From Trueperaceae bacterium (lineage in GTDB: Bacteria; Deinococcota; Deinococci; Deinococcales; Trueperaceae): 64,000 bases of DNA. Positions 20,501 through 28,941 of the stretch are shown piece by piece. The DNA lies in NCBI GenBank assembly GCA_965215565.1, contig CBDCDZ010000004.1:928001-992000 (forward strand). The letters are read 5' to 3'. Under the pieces are notes generated by a model. The model was not told where the DNA came from. It ran no database searches and worked only from the letters and a program-made list of their open reading frames with translations. How positions within the stretch are numbered: the first letter of the stretch is position 1; each line of letters starts with the position of its first letter. Position numbers and translations under genes: made by a program.

Positions 20501-21352
20501 TTAGTGCCACCACACCTCAAAGTCTGGATAATACGCGCTCACGATCGCCTGAAAGAGAAAGTAGTCCACGATGAGGTGGACGATCAAAACCCATAAGAGC
20601 GACTTGGAGCGCTCGTACATCGCCCCTTGCGTGAAGGCGAAGATATAAACGAGAAGAGGTCCGACGCCCCGAAACGCCATTGTCCAGAGCACCGTCGTGT
20701 AGATGACGCTCTGCGCCAAATTCGCCGTGAGATACGGGAAGAGCGAGCGGATAATCGCGTAGGAGACGTTGACAAAGAAGAGTTCGTCCCAAATTCCTAC
20801 TGCGTTGATGCCGAGAAAAAGCCGCAAGAGAGGCTCAGTCTGTGGTTCGGGTGGCAGCATCCAGTTGAAGGGGACTTGAGGGCTCCACACGAAGAAGTAG
20901 AGCTGAAAGACGCCCCAGGCGAGCGGAATAGCTAGGAGCGTATAGAAGACTTCCACCCAGTCGAACTCGTCAGGAAAGAGCTTAAAGGTAATCACGCGCG
21001 GTTTGCGTCGCCAGAGGATGAGCGTAGGTAAAACAATCGCGAGGAGAAAAGCGGTGCCTAAAATAAGCACATGCTCGTTGCTCGTGTCTGTATTGATAGG
21101 CGCAACGCCGAGCACAGCGACGGACGCGGCGAGCGCGAGGTAGCGTAGGGCGCGGTCTGGTGGTTCGCGCAGGAGCGACACAGCGAACCCTGCGGCGAAG
21201 AGCCCGCCGACGCTGTAAGCACCGAAACCGTACGAGCCGAATGCGGTCCACGCGACCGAAGTGACGAGCAAACAAAGGAGTGGAACGAGAGACTGAGGTG
21301 TTTTTAGAACGTCTTCTAAGGTACTTCTGAATGAGGCGGGTAGAGCTGCCAT
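20501..21352 (-). CDS. CPBP-family intramembrane glutamic endopeptidase-like protein
   Basis: Multi-TM; GIWDELFF and S.SL....IVH motifs (degenerate EExxxR). Confidence 0.7.
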   Translation of the reverse strand: MAALPASFRSTLEDVLKTPQSLVPLLCLLVTSVAWTAFGSYGFGAYSVGGLFAAGFAVSLLREPPDRALRYLALAASVAVLGVAPINTDTSNEHVLILGTAFLLAIVLPTLILWRRKPRVITFKLFPDEFDWVEVFYTLLAIPLAWGVFQLYFFVWSPQVPFNWMLPPEPQTEPLLRLFLGINAVGIWDELFFVNVSYAIIRSLFPYLTANLAQSVIYTTVLWTMAFRGVGPLLVYIFAFTQGAMYERSKSLLWVLIVHLIVDYFLFQAIVSAYYPDFEVWWH

Positions 21353-21381
21353 ACTTCTAAACTATCAGACGCAGGGCGTCC

Positions 21382-22248
21382 CTAACGCCGCTTGCCGCCC
21401 AACCCTTGTGTGATGCGGTCTAGGACAATCGCCATGATGACAATCGCCAAGCCTGCCTCGAACCCGAGGCTGATGTCGAGCGTGTTCACCCCGCGCAAGA
21501 CCTCCGAGCCCAGCCCGCTCGCGCCAACTAAAGCGGCAATCACCACCATCGAAAGCCCCAACATAATCGACTGGTTGAGCCCCGCCAAGATGCTCGGCGT
21601 CGCGGTGGGAAGCTGCACCTTGAAGAGCATCTGCCGCTTCGTCGAGCCGAACGCTTCGGACGCTTCGATGAGGTCATGAGGGACTTGTTGGATGCCTAAG
21701 CTCGTCAGACGAATCAGCGGTGGCAGGGCGAAAATCACGGTGGAGACGATGCCCGGCACGACGCCAATACCGAAAAAGACGATGGAGGGAATTAAGTAAA
21801 CAAAAGCGGGCATCGTCTGCATAAAGTCCAAAATTGGCTTAGTGAGGCGCTCGACTATCTTGTTTGTGCCCGCCAGGACGCCTAGCGGCAACCCTATCAG
21901 CACAACGAAGACCTCAGCTGCAACGACGAGCGCGAGCGTACTGACAAACGACTCCCACAAATTGATGTTGACAATCAGTAAAAGTCCTAACACGCTAAAA
22001 AGCGAGGTGCGCCAGCCGCTCAACCAAAAAGCGAGCGCGGCGAACACCACGATAAGAACGCCGAAGTGAAGCCACTCGAGCCCCCCCACTAGTCCCTCGA
22101 CCAGCCAAAGCACCACCGCACTAAAGCCGTCAAACACGCCCGGAAAGTTCGAGGAGAGTGACTCCACGCCCGACTCGACCCAGTCGCCTACGGGCACGCC
22201 GCGCTCCCACCAGCTTTCCCACCAAATTTGGTCAGATTGAGTAGACAT
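21382..22248 (-). CDS. Glycine betaine/proline ABC permease (ProW/OpuAB family)
   Basis: PILDFMQTMPAFVYLIP, EA..AFG, AGLNQ. Confidence 0.92.
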   Translation of the reverse strand: MSTQSDQIWWESWWERGVPVGDWVESGVESLSSNFPGVFDGFSAVVLWLVEGLVGGLEWLHFGVLIVVFAALAFWLSGWRTSLFSVLGLLLIVNINLWESFVSTLALVVAAEVFVVLIGLPLGVLAGTNKIVERLTKPILDFMQTMPAFVYLIPSIVFFGIGVVPGIVSTVIFALPPLIRLTSLGIQQVPHDLIEASEAFGSTKRQMLFKVQLPTATPSILAGLNQSIMLGLSMVVIAALVGASGLGSEVLRGVNTLDISLGFEAGLAIVIMAIVLDRITQGLGGKRR

Positions 22249-22510
22249 AGGTTAGGGCCTCCTTGAGTCCGCACTTGGAAGGGTGCCGCTACGACCCGCT
22301 GTAACACCTCGCAACACCTCTTGCGTAACGCTGACCTGCTACGTGTTACTCTAACGTATCACGGTGCCACGCCCGAACAGCTAAACAGTGAAGAGGTGTC
22401 TCGAGACTGCGCCGCGTGCACCTTTATGCACGCTTAGCCCATGCGATAAAACGAGCACCGTGAGGCTCGAGCCTTCAATCCTTAGATTGACCTTGATAAA
22501 GGAGAACCCG

Positions 22511-23428
22511 ATGATTCGATCCCTGTTAGTCCTCGTAACGACGCTATTTCTCTCGTTCGGCGCAGCCCAGAGCGTAGACTTCGGCTACGTCGAGTGGCCC
22601 GGCGTCACCGTCAAGACGCAAGTTGCCGCAAACATTCTAGACGCGCTCGGTTACGACACGAGCACAGAATCTCTCAGCGTGCCCATTATCCTTCAAGGCG
22701 TGTCCGAGGGCGACTTGGACGTGTTTTTGGGCGTCTGGCGACCCAGCATGAACGGGATGATCGAGTCTTACACCGAAGGCGCGGGCGACGGCAGCATCAC
22801 GCTCACCGCGCAGAACCTAGCGCCGACGATCTACCGTCCCGCCGTCCCGACCTACGTCGCGGAAGAGGGCATCACCTCGCTCGCGGACGTTGCCGAGAAC
22901 CCGGAGATGTTTGACAGCGAACTCTACGGCATCGAGCCGGGCAACGACGGCAATACGATTATCCTGGACATGATCGAGAACGACACCTACGGCTTTAGCG
23001 ACTTCGAAATTGTCGAAAGCTCGACTGAAGGAATGCTCTCCGCCGTTGGGCGCGCCATCGAGCGAGAAGAGCCCATCGCTTTCTTAGCGTGGAGCCCGCA
23101 CTGGATGAATAACGTTTACGACATCACGTACTTGGATGACCCCGAGAACGTGTGGGGTGAGGATGGCTTCGTCGCCACGGCGCTCAACGCAGGGTTTGCC
23201 GAAGAGAACGCCAACCTCGAGACCTTTTTCAGCCAGTTCAAAGTGGACCCCGAAACGCAGAACACCTGGATTGACCAATACAGCCGCCAAGAGATGGACC
23301 CCGACACCGTCGCGAACGAGTGGATTGCGACGAACATGGACACCGTGATGACGTGGGTGGAGGGTGTGACCACGGCGGACGGGGAGCCAGCGGGTCCGGC
23401 GCTCGAGTCCGCTTTCAGTTCCAACTAA
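22511..23428 (+). CDS. Glycine betaine/choline ABC substrate-binding protein (ProX/ChoX family)
   Basis: RBS AAGGAG; signal peptide; YGIEPGNDGN, W.PHWMN. Confidence 0.9.
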   Translation: MIRSLLVLVTTLFLSFGAAQSVDFGYVEWPGVTVKTQVAANILDALGYDTSTESLSVPIILQGVSEGDLDVFLGVWRPSMNGMIESYTEGAGDGSITLTAQNLAPTIYRPAVPTYVAEEGITSLADVAENPEMFDSELYGIEPGNDGNTIILDMIENDTYGFSDFEIVESSTEGMLSAVGRAIEREEPIAFLAWSPHWMNNVYDITYLDDPENVWGEDGFVATALNAGFAEENANLETFFSQFKVDPETQNTWIDQYSRQEMDPDTVANEWIATNMDTVMTWVEGVTTADGEPAGPALESAFSSN

Positions 23429-23528
23429 ACGAAACCCCTGACGCATAAATAGAAGAAGCGGGAAGTAGGGCGTAGCGAAGACGCCCCTTCCCGCTTCTCT
23501 TTAGTTGAGCAAGAGGTAAAATAGCGTT

Positions 23529-24629
23529 ATGCCCACTGCCACCGTTGACCTCAGCTCTATTAGCTATAACCTCTCGAGGCTCAAAAGCTACCTCAAACCC
23601 GAAACGCGCATGTTGACCGCTGTCAAAGCGAACGCCTACGGTCACGGCGCGGTGGAGGTGGCGAAGCACTTGGAGAAATCCGGTGTGACGTGGCTCGGCG
23701 TGGCGACACGGGAGGAGGCGTTGGAGCTTCGCAGTGCGGGGATAAGCGTGAATATTCTCATCTTCATTCCGGTTTATGACGGTTTGAATGACCTTGTGGA
23801 CGCGGATGTCGCGCTGACGATTGTAGATAAAAGAAGTCTGCATGCGGCAGCGAAGGCGGCGCAAGAGGTTGGCGTGAAGGCTCGAGCCCACCTCAAGGTG
23901 GATACGGGCATGGGACGTTTGGGGCCGCCGCCGCAAGAGGTTGTGGAGCTGGCTAAAGCGGTTGACGCTGCTAAAGAGGTCCATTTAGAAGCGGTTTGGA
24001 CACACTTTGCCTGTGCCGACGAAGCCGAGCGAGAGTACACGAATCAGCAGATGGCGCAGTATGGAGAGGTGTTGGACACGCTCGAGCACGAGAGCATCCC
24101 CATCCCTCTCAAACACGCCGCCAACTCCGCTGGGCTCATCGCCTATCCTGAGGCTCACTTCGATATGGTGCGCCCTGGGATTGCGGTGTATGGCTATCAC
24201 TCGAGCCCAGTGATTGAGAAACTCGAGCCTCACCTCACGCCCGCCCTGACGCTCACCGCGCCCGTCACTTTCGTGAAAGAGGTCAAGGCGGGCACGTCCG
24301 TCTCTTACGGTGCAACCTGGACGGCGTCACGTGATACGAAAGTCGCCACGGTTCGTTTAGGCTACGGCGATGGGCTCTTTCGCACGCTGAGCGGACAGCT
24401 TTGTGTGACGGTGCAGGGTGAGAAAAGACCTCTTGCGGGGCGCGTTTGTATGGACCAAATCATGATTGATGTGGGTGATTTGGACGTGCAGATGGGCGAG
24501 CGCGTAACGCTCTTCGGACCTCATGGGCAAAGCGCGGAGGACTTGGCGAGGATAGTTGACACGATTTCCTACGAACTGCTCACACGGCTCGGTCCTAGAA
24601 TTAAACGGGTTTATGAGAGGTCTGTTTGA
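23529..24629 (+). CDS. alr: Alanine racemase
   Basis: AVKANAYGHG, HLKVDTGMGRLG, VSYG, GRVCMDQ. Confidence 0.97.
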   Translation: MPTATVDLSSISYNLSRLKSYLKPETRMLTAVKANAYGHGAVEVAKHLEKSGVTWLGVATREEALELRSAGISVNILIFIPVYDGLNDLVDADVALTIVDKRSLHAAAKAAQEVGVKARAHLKVDTGMGRLGPPPQEVVELAKAVDAAKEVHLEAVWTHFACADEAEREYTNQQMAQYGEVLDTLEHESIPIPLKHAANSAGLIAYPEAHFDMVRPGIAVYGYHSSPVIEKLEPHLTPALTLTAPVTFVKEVKAGTSVSYGATWTASRDTKVATVRLGYGDGLFRTLSGQLCVTVQGEKRPLAGRVCMDQIMIDVGDLDVQMGERVTLFGPHGQSAEDLARIVDTISYELLTRLGPRIKRVYERSV

Positions 24630-24903
24630 GTTTTAGTGGGGGGGCCCAAACGTCAACTTTCTACAAGAACAGTTCGAGCAACGAACCTGCAAGCCATCTC
24701 TCTTCAAATGTCATGCAAACGTACTCAAAACCACACGCGGACGTACTGGTTTTTGCGCAAAAGAACGCCTGAAGATCGAATTTGTGTAAGGTATTCTCCT
24801 CACTTTTCGTGCCGATGTGGGTTAAACTACACTACTTTGGTAGAGATTGCCTCTTCAGACATTCACCTCGACGAACTGCGAATCAGTAGCTAGGAGCATC
24901 TTC

Positions 24904-25995
24904 ATGGACATCACCGTACCGCCATCTTACCTCTGGGACGACGACAAGCCGCGCACCCAGCCCAACTTGCTCTCGAGAGGAGAGCGCGACCGCCTCATCG
25001 AGCGCGGCTTTTTGGGGCTCTACCGCTGGTACACCGCCCGCAGCCAAGAGACGCGCAACTGGAACGCCGACCGCTCCTTCGAATGGCGCAAAATGCGCCA
25101 CGACCTTTCCGAGCCAATGATTCAGATTCTTCAAGGTTTCTTCGCCGTCGAGCAGTACGCGCCCGACTTCACCGAGAAGATTTTGAACATGGTACGCCGC
25201 TCGCACGGGCGCAGCCACTTCCAGATGCGCTGGGGCTCCGAAGAGGAGAAGCACGCCGACACCTGGGAGAACGCCGTGCTCTTCTCGCGCAGCCGCAGCC
25301 CGCAGTGGTTGGAGCAATATAAGTATGACCTGCGTATGAAGGAATGGCACGAGCCCTGGGACGACCCGCTACGCAACCTCGTCTACACGGTCTTTCAAGA
25401 ACGCGCCACGCAGCTCAACTACCTCAACGCGATGAAGATTGCGCAAGGCAAATCCGACAAGGAGCAGCACAAGCACGACGCTGACCCCGTTCTCGCCAAA
25501 GTCGCGCAGACCATCGCCGTGGACGAAGCGGCGCACTACAACTTCTTCTTAGAGGGCGTGCGGCTCTTTATGTACTACTATCCGCAGCGCACCTTAGAGG
25601 CGATTAAAGACGTGTTGGAGCACTTCACCATGCCCGCCTCCAAGCTCGTCCCCGACTGGGACGCCTTCTTCGAGGCGGTCTACCGCGGCGGCGTCTACGG
25701 TCCGCGTGAGTATGCTAAGGACGTGGTGCAAGTCGTCTTTAGAAACTTAGGTGTCGAGAGCCGTAAGAAGCTCGAGGCCGGCATCAAAAAGACTCGCCTC
25801 GTCCCCACGACGGACGGCAACATACAGCAGTCCGCCCTGTGGGACACCTTCGACTACGGTTTAATCGAGGGGGATGTGAAGCGGCTTTACCGGAAAATTG
25901 GCAAGTACGAAGCCGAGATTGGCTTTGATGAGGTTGACCCAATTATCTTTACGAAGAATCCGGTGTGGCCGACACAAGAGGATGAAGAGGAATAA
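24904..25995 (+). CDS. Acyl-ACP desaturase-like ferritin-fold diiron protein
   Basis: W..EE.KH, YTVFQERAT, IA.DE.AH; RBS AGGAG before ATG 24904. Confidence 0.85.
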   Translation: MDITVPPSYLWDDDKPRTQPNLLSRGERDRLIERGFLGLYRWYTARSQETRNWNADRSFEWRKMRHDLSEPMIQILQGFFAVEQYAPDFTEKILNMVRRSHGRSHFQMRWGSEEEKHADTWENAVLFSRSRSPQWLEQYKYDLRMKEWHEPWDDPLRNLVYTVFQERATQLNYLNAMKIAQGKSDKEQHKHDADPVLAKVAQTIAVDEAAHYNFFLEGVRLFMYYYPQRTLEAIKDVLEHFTMPASKLVPDWDAFFEAVYRGGVYGPREYAKDVVQVVFRNLGVESRKKLEAGIKKTRLVPTTDGNIQQSALWDTFDYGLIEGDVKRLYRKIGKYEAEIGFDEVDPIIFTKNPVWPTQEDEEE

Positions 25996-26097
25996 CGGAA
26001 AAGAAGAGGTTTTGAATGCGCTGCAGCTTTCACTGCGGCGCGTTTTTTACGAGCATAAGTTCCGCTTACAAGTTCATCTTGGTATAACAGAACTCTC

Positions 26098-26607
26098 ATG
26101 CGTTGGGCTGACTTCTATTTCAACAGCAAAAGGTATTCGCTCAGTCACCTTGATGATTTAGAGGTCACTTATACGCAACCAGCGAAAGGTAAAAATTCAG
26201 AACGCACCTACAATGTGAAGGTTGAATTTAGCAATCATTGCTTCACAACTGACCGGATGTACGACCCTGCGCTTGAATATATACCAGGTGGAGACAAGAG
26301 AGTTTTTGATTTTGGGCGTTACGAGCTAAGCCATTCACTTCCCCGCATCGTTCAAGAATTGGCAGAGCGCAGATGTTATTTCGCCAGTAGAGTTCAGGGA
26401 AACTTCATGACCGTTGAAGTCACAGTAGATAACGATAACTACGTCGTGTACTTTTACGTCAAGAAGTTCGGTAAGAGATTAGTGCTCATTGTGCAGTCAG
26501 CCTACATCAACGATGATTATGTTCAGAGCTACAACGACAAAAAGATTGGGTTCTTTACCATCTTGTATAAGGTGCAAAAAGGAGAACGAATAAAAAGTCC
26601 ACGCTAA
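26098..26607 (+). CDS. Uncharacterised 169-aa protein (AT-rich gene), possible RNase-like toxin
   Basis: Clean ORF just after a TGG-TATAAC -10; motifs YSLSHL, FSNHCFT, RYELS..LP, VQSAY. Confidence 0.75.
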   Translation: MRWADFYFNSKRYSLSHLDDLEVTYTQPAKGKNSERTYNVKVEFSNHCFTTDRMYDPALEYIPGGDKRVFDFGRYELSHSLPRIVQELAERRCYFASRVQGNFMTVEVTVDNDNYVVYFYVKKFGKRLVLIVQSAYINDDYVQSYNDKKIGFFTILYKVQKGERIKSPR

Positions 26608-26754
26608 GAAAGATGGCAGCCTCTATAAAAAGAAGCTGCCGAAATCTTTTATTCTACCGCTGAGCCTTCTTGAGTATACCCACGCTTGGGCGGGAACCAC
26701 TAAAAATGTGGTGAGCATCGGCGCACAGCAAAGGCTGTTCAGTTCACACCGATA
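26608..26754 (-). ncRNA. Putative structured non-coding RNA convergent with 26098-26607
   Basis: Downstream of a strong minus-strand promoter; nested stems start at the predicted +1; terminal hairpin at 26610-26649; no credible ORF. Confidence 0.55.
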
Positions 26755-26760
26755 GCATAG

Positions 26761-26790
26761 ATAATAGCATAAAAGCGCCTTATTTGTCAA
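26761..26790 (-). promoter_or_regulatory. Near-consensus sigma-70 promoter
   Basis: TTGACA-18 nt-TATTAT with TG extension. Confidence 0.75.
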
Positions 26791-27204
26791 TCTTTTGGCA
26801 ACCGCAAAGTCCAAAATCGCCTTCGAAAGCAAGGTCCACTCGAAGCTAACGCACCCTTCCACCCTCAACTTAGCGGCATTTTTGGGCGCGACTAGGGCGA
26901 CCGCGCTTTTTAATCGAAGGTCAATATGCCCTTTTGCTTATCCAGGTGCCGACTTTGCGGTAGCCCTGGCGTTTCTCTTGAAATATCTCAGCCCATTAGC
27001 GTCAATCACTGACTGTCAATTTAGCCTTCAATGACCTCGAGCCCTCCAAAAATTCCCTTTCAACCTCTTGCAAGGCGACTCAAAACGATGTCGTCAGGCT
27101 GACACACCTCTCCCTATAGCTTGTTACCCTACTTGCTCGCAGCTAAGCAAGCTGCAACATCCTGCACAACAAAACTGCACGAAACAAGTCCAAGGGGGCT
27201 TTTT

Positions 27205-28404
27205 ATGGCACCGCTGAGCCGAGAAGAACGCACACCGAACTTACCATCCAAAATACTCCTAAAAGATCAGAACTTATTGCTCGTTTTTGCGGCGACGCTG
27301 GTGGTGACCTCGAGCGTCACCGCCATCACCCCCGCCTTCCCCAACGTCGTGGAGCAACTCGGCGTCTCGGCGGGCGCAGTCAGCTTGATCGTCACGGCGT
27401 ACACCCTGCCCGCGATTGTCCTCACGCCTATTTTGGGTGTTTTCGCCGATAGACACGGGCGTAAGCGGGTCTTAGTCGCCTCGCTTCTCGTCTTCGGGCT
27501 GGCGGGCGGTGCGTGTTTCTTTGCGGATAACTTCAACCTCTTGCTCGCCCTGCGCTTTATACAAGGTGTCGGCGGCGCGGCGCTGCTCTCGACGAACATC
27601 ACGATCATCGGTGACCTCTTTGAGGGCGTCTCGCGCAGCAAGTCGATGGGCTACAACGCGACGGTCAACGGCTTCGGCACGACGCTCTACCCGGCTTTGG
27701 GCGGCGCACTCGCGCTCATCGGCTGGAACTACCCTTTTCTCATCTCCGCCGCCGCCGTTCCGGTTGGGCTCCTGCTGATTCCCTTTCTGAAAATCCCCGA
27801 GCCCAAAAACAAGCAGAGATTTAGCCATTACTTGAGGGGCGTGCAAGAGGTCATCAAGCACCGCGAAGTCGTCGGGCTTTTTATTCTGACAATCGGCGAC
27901 AACATCGCTGTAGTTGGGGCGCTTTTTACCTATTTACCGCTTTACTTAGAAAACACGTATGGAGCGTCTGCGCTCCTCGCGGGCATTGCGATATCGGTGT
28001 GGGCGGCGAGTTATTCGCTCGGTACAACGGTTATCGGCAAACTCACGGAGAAGACGTCACCGAGACTGCTCATCAAAGTCGCGTTTGCGCTCAGTGCGTT
28101 TACGATGGCGACGCTTCCTCTTTTCGGCAGCGCCTTGTGGACGTTCGTGCCTGTTGCGATGCTCGGTATCGCGCACGCGCTTCACTTGCCCAACACGCAG
28201 ACGCTCCTGACCGACGCCGCACCGAGTGGCTACCGGGGTGCACTCGTCTCGCTTCAAACGATGGTCAAGCGTATTGGGGAAACGACAGGACCCCTGCTCA
28301 TGGCAGGGGTCTACAGCGCGTTTGGCGGCGCGGCGGTCTTTTTTGTCGCGGCAGTCGTCGGGCTCTCCATGGTGGCAGTGGCGATGCTGCTGCTAAAATC
28401 CTAG
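27205..28404 (+). CDS. MFS transporter
   Basis: Motif A G..ADRHGRK; ~12 TM segments. Confidence 0.92.
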   Translation: MAPLSREERTPNLPSKILLKDQNLLLVFAATLVVTSSVTAITPAFPNVVEQLGVSAGAVSLIVTAYTLPAIVLTPILGVFADRHGRKRVLVASLLVFGLAGGACFFADNFNLLLALRFIQGVGGAALLSTNITIIGDLFEGVSRSKSMGYNATVNGFGTTLYPALGGALALIGWNYPFLISAAAVPVGLLLIPFLKIPEPKNKQRFSHYLRGVQEVIKHREVVGLFILTIGDNIAVVGALFTYLPLYLENTYGASALLAGIAISVWAASYSLGTTVIGKLTEKTSPRLLIKVAFALSAFTMATLPLFGSALWTFVPVAMLGIAHALHLPNTQTLLTDAAPSGYRGALVSLQTMVKRIGETTGPLLMAGVYSAFGGAAVFFVAAVVGLSMVAVAMLLLKS

Positions 28405-28407
28405 AGT

Positions 28408-28608
28408 TTAGTTGAATTTTAGCGCGTCAGGCTGGCGCGGGGTAAGTCTGAATGACGCAGCTTCACGCTTCGCAATTTCCAATGCTTCGGAAAAGTTAGA
28501 CGCGAAAACTAAAACCTTTCTGTAGGGCTTGCGGCTATACACGTCGTCCTTGCGGTAGAGGTTGATGGTATATGCGGTGTCCAAATTCAAGTTTCCCCAG
28601 ATGCTCAT
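28408..28608 (-). CDS. Small hypothetical protein (66 aa, MSIWGNLNL...)
   Basis: RBS GGGAGG before the ATG at 28608. Confidence 0.55.
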   Translation of the reverse strand: MSIWGNLNLDTAYTINLYRKDDVYSRKPYRKVLVFASNFSEALEIAKREAASFRLTPRQPDALKFN

Positions 28609-28714
28609 AAGCGTCCTCCCTTGCTTATATCCTAAAAAGAATAGACGTAGAGAGGAAAGCAAAAAGTCCACAATGGGGGTGTGAAAAAGCGCCGAAACAT
28701 TAAAAGGGCGTGTA

Positions 28715-28895
28715 ATACCCTTTCCGGTTAAACACGCTATAAAGTAGCGTGTTTAATCCCGAGGAAGAGCCATCAGCCGGTGGTAACATCAACGAATAGC
28801 CAGCACAAGCCATCTACAACGGCATGATACGCCCGGCTGAAGGCTCCTGAGCGAGTAGAAACAAGTACGGATTCCGTTATCACCGGAATCCGTAC
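28715..28895. repeat. Dispersed repeat family 2, copy 2 (with insert)
   Basis: TTCCGGTTAA hairpin, GAGCGAGTAGAAA, TACGGATTCCG...CGGAATCCGTA. Confidence 0.8.
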
Positions 28896-28941
28896 AACTC
28901 CTTGCCACCTGTGGTCTCGAGCCTAGAAGTAACCCACGCCC

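Noticed and set aside
22301..22345. GTAAC/GCAAC repeats before the ProX-like gene as a regulon member
   Set aside because: Spacing is 10 and 14 bp rather than 11 bp and the -10 is poor.
26623..27034. ORFs 26623-26868 (-) and 26795-27034 (+)
   Set aside because: No RBS or recognisable motifs; the first runs through the strong promoter and the structured RNA.
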